IMG/VR virus record: IMGVR_UViG_3300032318_001710
Span: 1-49,099 of that record
DNA: 49,099 nt
Direction: 5' to 3' (one strand)
Source: a virus
Taxonomy: Duplodnaviria; Caudoviricetes
Of the stretch, positions 29,799 to 39,017 are shown in pieces. Each line of letters starts with the position of its first letter. Within the stretch, counting starts at the first letter, position 1. The position numbers were made by a program, and so were the translations under genes. The notes beneath the pieces are model-generated. The model did not search any database. It was not told the origin of the DNA and saw only the letters and a list, made by a program, of their open reading frames with translations.

Positions 29799-31919
29799 CT
29801 ATGCATAAGCATTAATTATAACAATTCCTTGAAATCCGCTTCCGCCTTCGGCAGAAGTTGCTGCGGCTGAACTTATTCCTCCACCACCGCCGCCGTAAGA
29901 TGTTGCATTACCTCCGCTTGAACTATTTGTTCCTTGTCCGCCGCCGCCAGAGCCACCAGAACCAGCAGAACTTCCTCCTCCGCCTCCGCCGCCTCCATAA
30001 ACTTGTCCATTAACAGACCAGGTATATCCTGGATTTCCAGCCGTTGAAGTTCCATTTCCACTTGTGGTAGATCCGCCGCCTCCGCCTGAGCTATTTCCTT
30101 CAAAAGTATTTCCTGCAAATCCTTGATCAACTATTTGATTTGCTTGTGAGTAGCCAAATCCATATGATGCGCTTCCGCCTCCTGGACCTCTTTCGGAAGC
30201 AGCCCTGTCCGCACCATTTCCTCCATTCATTCCTCCTTGTCCGCCGAAAGCCTCATATCCAAAAGCAGAAGATTTTCCTCCATCTCTGGCTCTACTTCCA
30301 GATCCAGTAGAAAGATTAGATCTTGGGGCACCAGCGCCAATAACAATATTGTATACCTGTCCTGGAGTAACCGCAACATTAGTAAGTGCTCTTACAAAAC
30401 CTCCGCCGCCGCCGCCAGAGCCACCAGCGCTATAGCTATTAGTACTTCCGCCTCCTCCTCCGCCTCCAACAATTAGAACACTATCTAATACTGATGTTTG
30501 TGGAGTAAAAGTTTGGCTACTTGTAATTGTTGTTGTTTGAATAACAGTTGCTCTCATATTAGTAATTGTTAATGAAGAAGATGTAGAATTTGCATCAGTT
30601 GCTAAAAATGTTACTGATCTTGATGTAGTATCTGATGTTGTTCCACTTATTACTCCTGTTGAAGAATTTAAAGATAGGCCTGTTGGAAGTGTTCCCGATG
30701 ATATTGAATATGATGGATTTGATCCGCTATCATCATTAGCCTGTAATGTAAAATTGTAAGAAATTCCTGATTTAGGATTAGAAAAATTAGAAGTTGTTGT
30801 TACCCACGTTGGACCATTATTAGCCATTGTAAATGCTCTATCGGCAGTCGTTCCGCTTGCAGTAACAGTTGCCCGAATTGTGAAAGAAGCATTTGTTGAG
30901 CTTGTAGGTGTTCCACTAATTACTCCTGCTGAAGATAAAGATAATCCTGTTGGCAATGAGCCAGAAGCTAATGAATAAGTAATTGCTCCAGAGTCATCAT
31001 CTGTTGCTGCTACAGTTGTTGAGTATGCAACGTTACGTGTAAATATTGGCAATACCGAAGAGGTTGTCCATACTGGACTTCTGTCAGAAATAGTAATTGA
31101 AAATGCTCTGTTTTGAACTGTATTTCTTGAATCAGATGCGCCTAGTGTAAATGAGTAAGTTGTACTTGAAACAACATTTGCTGGAGTTCCTGAAATTACT
31201 CCCGTTGAAGAATTTAAAGAAAGACCTGTTGGAAGCGATCCCGAAACTAAAGTATATTGAAGTGCAGAATTTGTTGAGTCTGTAGCATCTGTTGCTGCAA
31301 CTGTAATTGAAACTGCATCTACCTCAGTAAATGTTCCTAAAGACCCTGCTGTTGTAGACCAAACTGGCTTATCGTTAACACCTAGTGTTTCATAAAGAAC
31401 TCCGTAAAGATTCGAAGGGTTAACAACTTTAACATCATATGGAGCATCTGCCACGGCTAGAGCTGGGAACACCGCAGATAATTCTGCAACAGAAATAAAA
31501 GTTGTTGTGGTTGCAACAGTTTCTACACCACTAGTTCCAACTACATATGCAATTGCTCCTACAGCAAAATTAGTTCCATTTAAAGTTAATGTTGATGTTG
31601 TTGTTTCGTTTAATTGCCCTACAATAGAAACAACTGCTGGGGTTTCTTGAACAATGTTTTGCCAGCCGTTGCTAGTATATAGCTCTAGTCTTGCTTCTTG
31701 TCCATTAAAATAAGGCTCTCCAATAACTGGATTTGCTGGACGAGCAGCTGTATTTCCAAATGGGATTGCTTTTGCTGCCGCTGTCCAGCCTGATGCTGTG
31801 TAAATTTCAAGATATCCTAATGTACCATTGTAATATGTTTGTCCTACTGCAGGACTTGCTGGTCTATTTGCTGTTGTTCCAAATGGAGTACCTACTTGTG
31901 ACGATCTCTTAATTGCCAT
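29799..31919 (-). CDS. Ig-repeat glycine-rich adhesin (cassette 2) with a duplicated N-terminal motif
   Basis: Two tandem PFG.TA.RPA.P..G..Y.NG....LE.YT..GW motifs, IPT, three Ig repeats, Gly-rich tip. Confidence 0.8.
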   Translation of the reverse strand: MAIKRSSQVGTPFGTTANRPASPAVGQTYYNGTLGYLEIYTASGWTAAAKAIPFGNTAARPANPVIGEPYFNGQEARLELYTSNGWQNIVQETPAVVSIVGQLNETTTSTLTLNGTNFAVGAIAYVVGTSGVETVATTTTFISVAELSAVFPALAVADAPYDVKVVNPSNLYGVLYETLGVNDKPVWSTTAGSLGTFTEVDAVSITVAATDATDSTNSALQYTLVSGSLPTGLSLNSSTGVISGTPANVVSSTTYSFTLGASDSRNTVQNRAFSITISDRSPVWTTSSVLPIFTRNVAYSTTVAATDDDSGAITYSLASGSLPTGLSLSSAGVISGTPTSSTNASFTIRATVTASGTTADRAFTMANNGPTWVTTTSNFSNPKSGISYNFTLQANDDSGSNPSYSISSGTLPTGLSLNSSTGVISGTTSDTTSRSVTFLATDANSTSSSLTITNMRATVIQTTTITSSQTFTPQTSVLDSVLIVGGGGGGGSTNSYSAGGSGGGGGGFVRALTNVAVTPGQVYNIVIGAGAPRSNLSTGSGSRARDGGKSSAFGYEAFGGQGGMNGGNGADRAASERGPGGGSASYGFGYSQANQIVDQGFAGNTFEGNSSGGGGGSTTSGNGTSTAGNPGYTWSVNGQVYGGGGGGGGSSAGSGGSGGGGQGTNSSSGGNATSYGGGGGGISSAAATSAEGGSGFQGIVIINAYA

Positions 31920-32294
31920 TTAAAGCCTCCATCCAACTGTTGATCCTGAGTAAACAAATGATGCCATATCCATGTTAACATCTATTATAGCATCTTCTGT
32001 TAGTCCGTTAATTTTATTTCCGTTTCTTAATACTGTAATGTTATTTGTTGCTGCCGTCCCTGATGCATCCATAATTTGAACTTCATCGCCTACGCCTGGA
32101 GCGGCGGGAAGAGTAATAGTTCTAGCAGCAGTTGTATCTACTGCATATCTTCTACCTGACAAAGCGGTAATATTAGAGTTTACAGAAACAGAAACTTCTT
32201 GCTTATAACTCAATAGCATAGTAGCCATTTCAGAGTCGGAAGCTAAAGGGTTTGAATGTGAAAACACATTTGCTATATCTCTTGCTCTAGTCAT
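31920..32294 (-). CDS. Minimal fibre adaptor (cassette 2)
   Basis: MTRARDIAN N-terminus; C-terminal ...YSGSTVGWRL. Confidence 0.75.
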   Translation of the reverse strand: MTRARDIANVFSHSNPLASDSEMATMLLSYKQEVSVSVNSNITALSGRRYAVDTTAARTITLPAAPGVGDEVQIMDASGTAATNNITVLRNGNKINGLTEDAIIDVNMDMASFVYSGSTVGWRL

Positions 32295-32653
32295 TATGCT
32301 CTTTCAACCCATTTCATTTGATTATCATCCCAATTATATTTTTTATCATCATTTGGGTATTCTATTGGAGATTCCCACTGACAAGTATCTTCATTTAAAA
32401 TCCATGAAGAGTACATTGGTGGACTTACAAAAGCATCTAAATCTGATCTATATATCATTCCAGTTCCTGCAAAATTTTTTCTAAAATTACAGTTATACGA
32501 TGTTTGAATCCAATTTCCACCTAATAAATTTGAACAAAAACTTTTTCCTATTTCTTCTGATTCATTGCCCTCAGAGTCGAGTATGTCTGAGTTATTAACT
32601 ACAATAACTCTTTGTACGACATTATTTTCATCTAGTTCTGCAAAATGTGCCAT
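32294..32653 (-). CDS. Putative fibre assembly chaperone (MAHFAE type)
   Basis: MAHFAELDENN..WIQTSYN..RKNFAG, paralog of 29108..29485. Confidence 0.6.
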   Translation of the reverse strand: MAHFAELDENNVVQRVIVVNNSDILDSEGNESEEIGKSFCSNLLGGNWIQTSYNCNFRKNFAGTGMIYRSDLDAFVSPPMYSSWILNEDTCQWESPIEYPNDDKKYNWDDNQMKWVERA

Positions 32654-34992
32654 TATGCTACATACCTCACTATCACTATACCTGAACCGCCTGCGCCGCC
32701 AGGATAACCATCACAGCCACCGCCGCCTCCACCTGTGTTTACAACACCATCTCCAGCGGCATTATTTTCCTCATTACCGAATAGTCCCCGACCTCCGCCG
32801 CCAAGTCCTCCAGAACCTCTTGTAGCTACACTGTTATCTGATGATCCACCGCCTCCACCTGCATAATATCCAGATGAACCTGTACCAGTTGCAGAAGCCC
32901 ATGCAGAAAATAAACCTATACCAACTCCACCATCTCCACATTTTCCTGGAGAAGGAGTAGCGCTACCATTTTGACCAGCACCACCTGCTCCGCCACCACC
33001 ACCGCCTGCAAATACTGGATCTGAAATTCCATTTCCTCCAGCATTTCCATAACCAGTTCCGCCGCCATTGCTAGTCTGTGTTGATGATTTTCCACCGTTG
33101 TCAAATGGATAGCCTGCACCTCCGCCGCCGCCTCCACCTGAAAGACCTGCAATATTTGGCCAAGAAGTTCCTCCTCCGCCACGCATTGCTGTCATTCCAT
33201 TAAATGTACTATTAGAAGCACCGTTTCCAGTATCACCGCTTTGTCTTCTAGGAGATCCGCCTCCTACTACAACTGAATAAGAACCATTTGATATTGTATG
33301 AGCTGATCTATATATAGCTCCACCTGCTCCGCCGCCGCCGCCTACGTCATTTCCACCTCCGCCGCCGCCAGCAACTAACAAAACTTCAAAAGCATTTGGT
33401 GATGAAGTACTTACGCTAAATGTTCCAGATCCAGTAAATGTGTGATATTTGTATCCTCCAGAAGTCACAACTGACCCACCAGAAGCAACAATTCCACTAG
33501 AAATTGATAATGATAATGATTGATCTGATGTTGTTCCATTTGCATCTGTTGCACGAATTGTAAATGTAGAAGTTCCATAAGTTGTTGGAGTTCCAGAAAT
33601 TAATCCACTTGAACTTAAAGTTAATCCTGTTGGTAAGGAACCAGACAGCAATGAATATGATGGAGCATTACCTGAGTCATCTGTAGCAGTCACCTGTTGT
33701 GAGTATGCTACGCCAACTGCACCTGAAGTAAGAGTTGTTGTTGTCCATGTTGGACCAGCATTTGGCATTGTAAATGATCTATCTGCTGTACTGCCATTAA
33801 CATCTGTAACTCTTGCTGTAAATGTAGCAGTTGCACTAGAACTTGGTGTTCCTGAAATTACGCCTGTTGAAGAATTGATAGATAGTCCAGTTGGCAAAGA
33901 TCCTGACGCTATTGAGTATGTAGGGTTGTTGCCAGAATCATCTGCTCCAACCAAAGTAAATGAGTATGGAGAGTTCCTAGTAAAAGTAGAAACTGGAGAA
34001 GTAGTTGTCCATGATGGACCTACGTTTGGAATGGTAAATGAGCGATCTGCTGATTGTCCTCCAGCGTTTGTTGCCCTGATAGTAAATGTTTGAGCAACTC
34101 CATCAGATGGGGTTCCACTAATTACACCAGTTGTTGAATTTAAAGTTAGACCTGTTGGTAGGGATCCAGATGATACAGAATAAGTTATTGTGTGTGCATC
34201 AGTAGCAGAAATCGTTGCTGAATAAGAAACATTTCTTGTAAATGTAGATAAATTTCCACTTGCAGTAACCCATGTTGGAGATAAGTTGGTTGTGGTTATA
34301 GAAAATGCTCTAGGAGATGGATTTTTACCATCTGTTGCTGTAACTGTAAAATTAGATGTTGTAGTAGAAGAAACTTCTGAAATTGTTCCTGAAATTAATC
34401 CTGAAGAAGATAGCGTCAAACCAGATGGGAGTGCACCAGAAGTGACGGAATATGTTCTAGCAGTACTTTCATCATCTGTAGTCGCTAGCTGTATACTTTG
34501 AGTTGTGAGTTCGTTAAAAGTTCCTAGTGAGCCAGCTGATGTTGTCCAAACTGGAGTATCATTAATATACAAAACATCATTTAGTAATCCATACAAGTTA
34601 GATGGATTTACTACTTTAATGTCGTATGGCTCATTTGCTGGGGTTAGTCCACTAAATACTGCGCTTATTTCTACAATTGAATTAACTGAAGTAGATGCAG
34701 CTGGAACTTCAACACCATTTGATCCAATTACATATGCTAATGCTCCAGAAACAAAGTTAGTTCCAGAAATTATCAATGTATTACTAGCATTAGACTCTAA
34801 ATATTCTCCAGAAAATGATATAACTCCAGGAGTCTCTCCTACTATGTTTTGCCATCCTACATTTTGAGTATAAAGCTCTAGTCTATTTTCTTGACCATTA
34901 AAAAATGGTTGGCCAGCTTCAGGATTTGAAGGTCTTTGTGAATTAATACCGAATGGTATGCCACCTAATTTTGATGCTTTAATATCTCCCAT
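32653..34992 (-). CDS. Ig-repeat glycine-rich adhesin (cassette 1)
   Basis: Docking motif, IPT, four Ig repeats, Gly-rich tip ending GSGIVIVRY. Confidence 0.8.
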   Translation of the reverse strand: MGDIKASKLGGIPFGINSQRPSNPEAGQPFFNGQENRLELYTQNVGWQNIVGETPGVISFSGEYLESNASNTLIISGTNFVSGALAYVIGSNGVEVPAASTSVNSIVEISAVFSGLTPANEPYDIKVVNPSNLYGLLNDVLYINDTPVWTTSAGSLGTFNELTTQSIQLATTDDESTARTYSVTSGALPSGLTLSSSGLISGTISEVSSTTTSNFTVTATDGKNPSPRAFSITTTNLSPTWVTASGNLSTFTRNVSYSATISATDAHTITYSVSSGSLPTGLTLNSTTGVISGTPSDGVAQTFTIRATNAGGQSADRSFTIPNVGPSWTTTSPVSTFTRNSPYSFTLVGADDSGNNPTYSIASGSLPTGLSINSSTGVISGTPSSSATATFTARVTDVNGSTADRSFTMPNAGPTWTTTTLTSGAVGVAYSQQVTATDDSGNAPSYSLLSGSLPTGLTLSSSGLISGTPTTYGTSTFTIRATDANGTTSDQSLSLSISSGIVASGGSVVTSGGYKYHTFTGSGTFSVSTSSPNAFEVLLVAGGGGGGNDVGGGGGAGGAIYRSAHTISNGSYSVVVGGGSPRRQSGDTGNGASNSTFNGMTAMRGGGGTSWPNIAGLSGGGGGGGAGYPFDNGGKSSTQTSNGGGTGYGNAGGNGISDPVFAGGGGGGAGGAGQNGSATPSPGKCGDGGVGIGLFSAWASATGTGSSGYYAGGGGGSSDNSVATRGSGGLGGGGRGLFGNEENNAAGDGVVNTGGGGGGCDGYPGGAGGSGIVIVRYVA

Positions 34993-34993
34993 G

Positions 34994-36034
34994 TTATCCT
35001 ACCTTCCATCCGTAAGTAGCGCCTGTATAAACTAATGTATACCAGCCACCTGCTACGTCAATAATAAAATTACCCGCATTACCATTAATTAAATTGCTGT
35101 TACGGGATAGAGTTATATTATACGTGTTTGCTGTTCCTGATGCATCAAATACCTGAATCTCATCATTTAATGATGGGCTTGCTGGAAGTGTTAATGTTCT
35201 TGCAGCTGAGGTATTGACGAAATATCTGTTTCCCGCCACTAATGTTGTATTAGCAGAAATTGATTGTGCTGTAATTGTTGCAGATGCCCATTTGACTCCC
35301 GCTGTTTGAGCGGAATCCGCCATAAGGACTTGGTTGTTATTTCCAATGCCAACTCTTTGATAGGTGTTATTTCCAGTAGCAACCAGAATATCGCCTTTAG
35401 TTGTAAATGCAGTTGATTGAACTGTATCTGCTACGGCTGTTGAAATAAAGCCCATTATCTCTACTACGTCTCCCGCCGATAAAGCGGAAAGTCCAGTAAT
35501 TGAAGTTCCTGTTGTAGCAACATAGTCAATACCACGAACTAAGTTAATACCATTAAGAATAACTATTTCATATCCTGGGGTATAGGATAATGAAATTGAA
35601 TTGTCATCATTTCCAGATAAAGAAGTTTCTCCTCCTGCAACTATTTTAACCCAACGGGTAAACATTGCAGAGGCGTTTATTGTAATTGTAGTTGTATCTG
35701 TTCCAGCATTGTCTGTAATTGTTGCGCCTACTATATTTAAATTGCGGCGGGGAGTTACTGTAATTCCAGCATTCTGAATTGTCTGATTATAAAGCTTAGC
35801 CCAAGATACGTTAGTTCCGTCTGACTGGATTGTGTAATTTATTGTGGATCCGTTTTGAATAGGCAGAAGGGCATTTAAAGAGTTATTAGCGGTAGTCTGT
35901 CCTGTTCCACCCTCTGAAATTCCAAGGATAGATGAAGAGGATATGACTCCGAATGAATCAGTCTTAACAATTCCAGCAGTTGAAAGAGCGGAAACTGTAA
36001 GACCAGATTTTACTTTAAAGCTTTTATCTGACAC
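34994..36034 (-). CDS. Fibre adaptor (cassette 1)
   Basis: MSDKSFKVK N-terminus; C-terminal ...YTGATYGWKVG. Confidence 0.75.
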   Translation of the reverse strand: MSDKSFKVKSGLTVSALSTAGIVKTDSFGVISSSSILGISEGGTGQTTANNSLNALLPIQNGSTINYTIQSDGTNVSWAKLYNQTIQNAGITVTPRRNLNIVGATITDNAGTDTTTITINASAMFTRWVKIVAGGETSLSGNDDNSISLSYTPGYEIVILNGINLVRGIDYVATTGTSITGLSALSAGDVVEIMGFISTAVADTVQSTAFTTKGDILVATGNNTYQRVGIGNNNQVLMADSAQTAGVKWASATITAQSISANTTLVAGNRYFVNTSAARTLTLPASPSLNDEIQVFDASGTANTYNITLSRNSNLINGNAGNFIIDVAGGWYTLVYTGATYGWKVG

Positions 36035-36045
36035 TTACCCCTCCT

Positions 36046-38550
36046 TTATAATGCTACTTTGCTGAATTTTACCGTTACATTTGTTGTTGCTGCATCTGTT
36101 GCAGTTAACTGCAATACTGCATTTGTTGAGGCCGTTGTAGCTGAGATTACAACTCCTGCAATTGTTCCACCTGTTTCTGTAATTGCAAACTCTGTCATAT
36201 CTACAGAAGTTCCGTCTGTTTGAACAACTACCTTAGATGTTCTTACCTTTGAACCTTGCTTTAATGAAACCATGTATTCAATTGATGTAAATGCTGATAA
36301 TGCTGTTGTATCTATTGTTGTTGCTGTATTGGCTGAAACTGTTGAGGTACCAGTTGTAATTGGTACTACTAGAGTTCCCCATGTTGCTGATGTTCCATCA
36401 GTAGTTAAATATTTACCTGAATTTCCTGATTGAGAAGGAAGACTTACTGGTGCTGCCGCCCATTCAACTCCATTTGTAGCAGATGAATTAGCTGTTAGAA
36501 GATATCCATTTGTTCCAACTGAAAGTTTAGCTGGAGTATTGTCTGCAGAACCAACTAGCAAATCTCCCTTTGCATCAAATAGTGACTCGTCTACTTTTAG
36601 GTCTAAGGCTGTCTGAGTAGCAGTTGAAACTGGCTTACTAGCATCTGAAGTATTATCTACATTGCCTAGACCTACCATTGTGGAAGTTATGCCAGATACT
36701 GTACCAGTAAATGTTGGTGAAGCAATTGGAGCCTTTAATGCTACGTTAGTAATTGTTTCGTAAGTTGTAGCAGCTGTTGCTGATGCAAGTTTAAGATCAA
36801 GTGCTGTCTGAGTTGCTGTAGAGATTGGCTTATTGGCATCTGTTGTATTATCAACGTTACCCAAACCAACCATTGATTTTGTAATACCAGAGACGGTACC
36901 TGTAAATGTTGGGCTTGCTAGCGGTGCCTTAAGATCAAGTGCTGTTTGGGTAGCAGTTGAGACAGGCTTTCCTGCATCTGTTGTATTGTCTACATTTGCA
37001 AGACCTACATCTGACTTTGTAATCCCAGTTGGGGTATTAATAACTGGAGATGTAAGTGTCTTATTTGTAAGAGTTTCTGTAGCATCTTTTAATAGTGTAC
37101 CGTTTAAATATAATGACTTCCCTGAAGCAAGGTTTATGTGCTCTGATGAGGTCCATGCGTCTGTAGCATCTACCCAATTGAAAGTTTTATCTGTTGTTCC
37201 CTTTAGAGTTATTCCGCCGCCATCTGCTGTAGCATCTGATGGGGTGGCTACTGATCCTAGTTCAATATTTTTATCATCAACAGATATTGTTGTTGAATTT
37301 AATGTTGTAGTAGTTCCATTAACTGTTAGGTCTCCAGAAAGCGTTAAGCTTGTTCCAGAAACGGCTCCTGTAAATGTTGCTCCAGATAATGAAGCCTTAT
37401 TATCAATCTGTGTTTGAATTCCTGAAGTAACTCCATTTAGATACCCAATTTCTGTATCGTCAACATTTGCTACCTTGGCCTGAATTGCTGTTGTATCTAC
37501 TGATATAGCACCTGTTGTATCATTATAAGATAATCCTGTGCCGACTGCATTTCCAATCGCATCCTGTGCATTTTCATCTGTGTATGTTACTGCACCAGTT
37601 AATGAGATTGCATTACCAGCATCATTGTATGATACTGAAATATTTGTGTGTGTGCCTGCAGCTAAAGCTGTGGCAACAGCATCTACTGCTTGCTCATCTA
37701 CATAACCTGGGGCTGCTGCAAGACTGATTGAGTTTGCTGCATCGTTATATGTAACTGTAAGGTTTGTATGTGTTCCTGCCGCCAATGCTGTAGCTACGGC
37801 ATCTTGGGCTCTTTCATCTGTAAAATATTTATTTGTTGTACCTTCTGAAATATCATCTGTTCCTAGTGTGCGGGTACCGCCCAAAGATGTGGATGTTCCA
37901 TTAATAGTAATAGCTGAATTTGAAAGTTTATCATTTGCGATAGATCCAGCAAGCATCGTATTTGTAACTGAGCCTGTATCTCCAGTTGTTACAAATGTTC
38001 CACCTACATCTGGAATAGTAATTGTTCTATCTGCAGTTGGATCTGTTACTTGAATAGTTGTTTCAAAGTCATTTGCTGTTGCGCCTTCAAATGTAATTGC
38101 TGTAGGAACGCTAATGTTTCCTGTAAATGTTGCGCCTGAAAGTGCTGCTACATTTTCTGCTAAAGCTACTGTTCCAGTAGCATTTGGCAATGTAATAGTC
38201 CGATCTGCTGTAGGTTGTGTTGCGGTTACTGTTGTTTTATAAGTATAATCAGCATCATCCCAAAGAATTATTGAATTTTCTGGTACTAATAGGTCTCCGC
38301 TAGAATTTAATTTTGCTGGACCGCTAGGATTTCCTAAATCTGCCTCTAAAATATAATCATTAAGGCTGGTAGTTAAACCTGAAGAAGTAACGTTTGCATA
38401 ATTTGTAATTTGTGTCCATGTGCTGGAACCATTACCTATTTTAAATTTAAGGGTATCTGTTTCAATACCAAACTCACCTGCTCGCAATACTGGGTTTGTT
38501 GATGTCCAATTTGCGGCGGTGTCTCTACGTAATTGAATTCTAATTGCCAT
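36046..38550 (-). CDS. Long fibre protein with an Mtd_N-like N-terminal domain
   Basis: IQLRRDTAANWTSTNPVL..GE.G.ETDT.K.KIG.G N-terminus; internal VGL.NVDNT.DA.KP.STATQTALDLK repeats. Confidence 0.8.
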   Translation of the reverse strand: MAIRIQLRRDTAANWTSTNPVLRAGEFGIETDTLKFKIGNGSSTWTQITNYANVTSSGLTTSLNDYILEADLGNPSGPAKLNSSGDLLVPENSIILWDDADYTYKTTVTATQPTADRTITLPNATGTVALAENVAALSGATFTGNISVPTAITFEGATANDFETTIQVTDPTADRTITIPDVGGTFVTTGDTGSVTNTMLAGSIANDKLSNSAITINGTSTSLGGTRTLGTDDISEGTTNKYFTDERAQDAVATALAAGTHTNLTVTYNDAANSISLAAAPGYVDEQAVDAVATALAAGTHTNISVSYNDAGNAISLTGAVTYTDENAQDAIGNAVGTGLSYNDTTGAISVDTTAIQAKVANVDDTEIGYLNGVTSGIQTQIDNKASLSGATFTGAVSGTSLTLSGDLTVNGTTTTLNSTTISVDDKNIELGSVATPSDATADGGGITLKGTTDKTFNWVDATDAWTSSEHINLASGKSLYLNGTLLKDATETLTNKTLTSPVINTPTGITKSDVGLANVDNTTDAGKPVSTATQTALDLKAPLASPTFTGTVSGITKSMVGLGNVDNTTDANKPISTATQTALDLKLASATAATTYETITNVALKAPIASPTFTGTVSGITSTMVGLGNVDNTSDASKPVSTATQTALDLKVDESLFDAKGDLLVGSADNTPAKLSVGTNGYLLTANSSATNGVEWAAAPVSLPSQSGNSGKYLTTDGTSATWGTLVVPITTGTSTVSANTATTIDTTALSAFTSIEYMVSLKQGSKVRTSKVVVQTDGTSVDMTEFAITETGGTIAGVVISATTASTNAVLQLTATDAATTNVTVKFSKVAL
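36590..37030 (-). repeat. Three coding repeats (VGL.NVDNT.DA.KP.STATQTALDLK) in the fibre shaft
   Basis: Seen in the translation; coordinates approximate. Confidence 0.8.
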
Positions 38551-38553
38551 TGT

Positions 38554-39015
38554 CTATGCTGCTCCTCCGTCTATTATATCATTATTTGGTGCTGATGCAT
38601 ATGAGGTGCTTGCGGTTCCACCGTCCATAGAAACAATATAATTTAGCTCATCTACATATTGTCCATAATCTACATGTCTTACTAATCCTTCGCCAGCATA
38701 GTGTTGGTGATCTAGTAATTCTTTTGGACCAGCAACGTCATACCAAATAGTACCGTTATAAACTTTAATTGTATTTTCTGATGAATCAAAATATGTTCTT
38801 CCTTGAGCTGGAGAGGCTGGAGATGATGAAAGAACTTCAAATGAATTTGATGTTCCAGATCCTCCACCTGAACCAGTAAGCAAAGACCATGTGGAGCCAT
38901 TATATATTTTTAAGGCGCCAGATACAGTATTATAATAAATCTCTCCAGCTACAGTTCCTGTTGGATCTGAGCTTAAAGAAGGTGGGGCAATTGTTGTTTT
39001 AAATTGCTTTGCCAT
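38554..39015 (-). CDS. Small fibre-associated protein
   Basis: Two P....G..Y[YF][ND]......K.YNG..W repeats; DGG motifs. Confidence 0.6.
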   Translation of the reverse strand: MAKQFKTTIAPPSLSSDPTGTVAGEIYYNTVSGALKIYNGSTWSLLTGSGGGSGTSNSFEVLSSSPASPAQGRTYFDSSENTIKVYNGTIWYDVAGPKELLDHQHYAGEGLVRHVDYGQYVDELNYIVSMDGGTASTSYASAPNNDIIDGGAA

Positions 39016-39017
39016 GA

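Noticed and set aside
21907-33400. CCG/CCT-rich tandem repeats as microsatellite or CRISPR
   Set aside because: They are polyglycine codons; no repeat-spacer periodicity seen anywhere in the window
36046-38550. Diversity-generating retroelement suggested by the Mtd_N-like domain
   Set aside because: No reverse transcriptase, no template/variable repeat pair and no C-type lectin tip seen in the window
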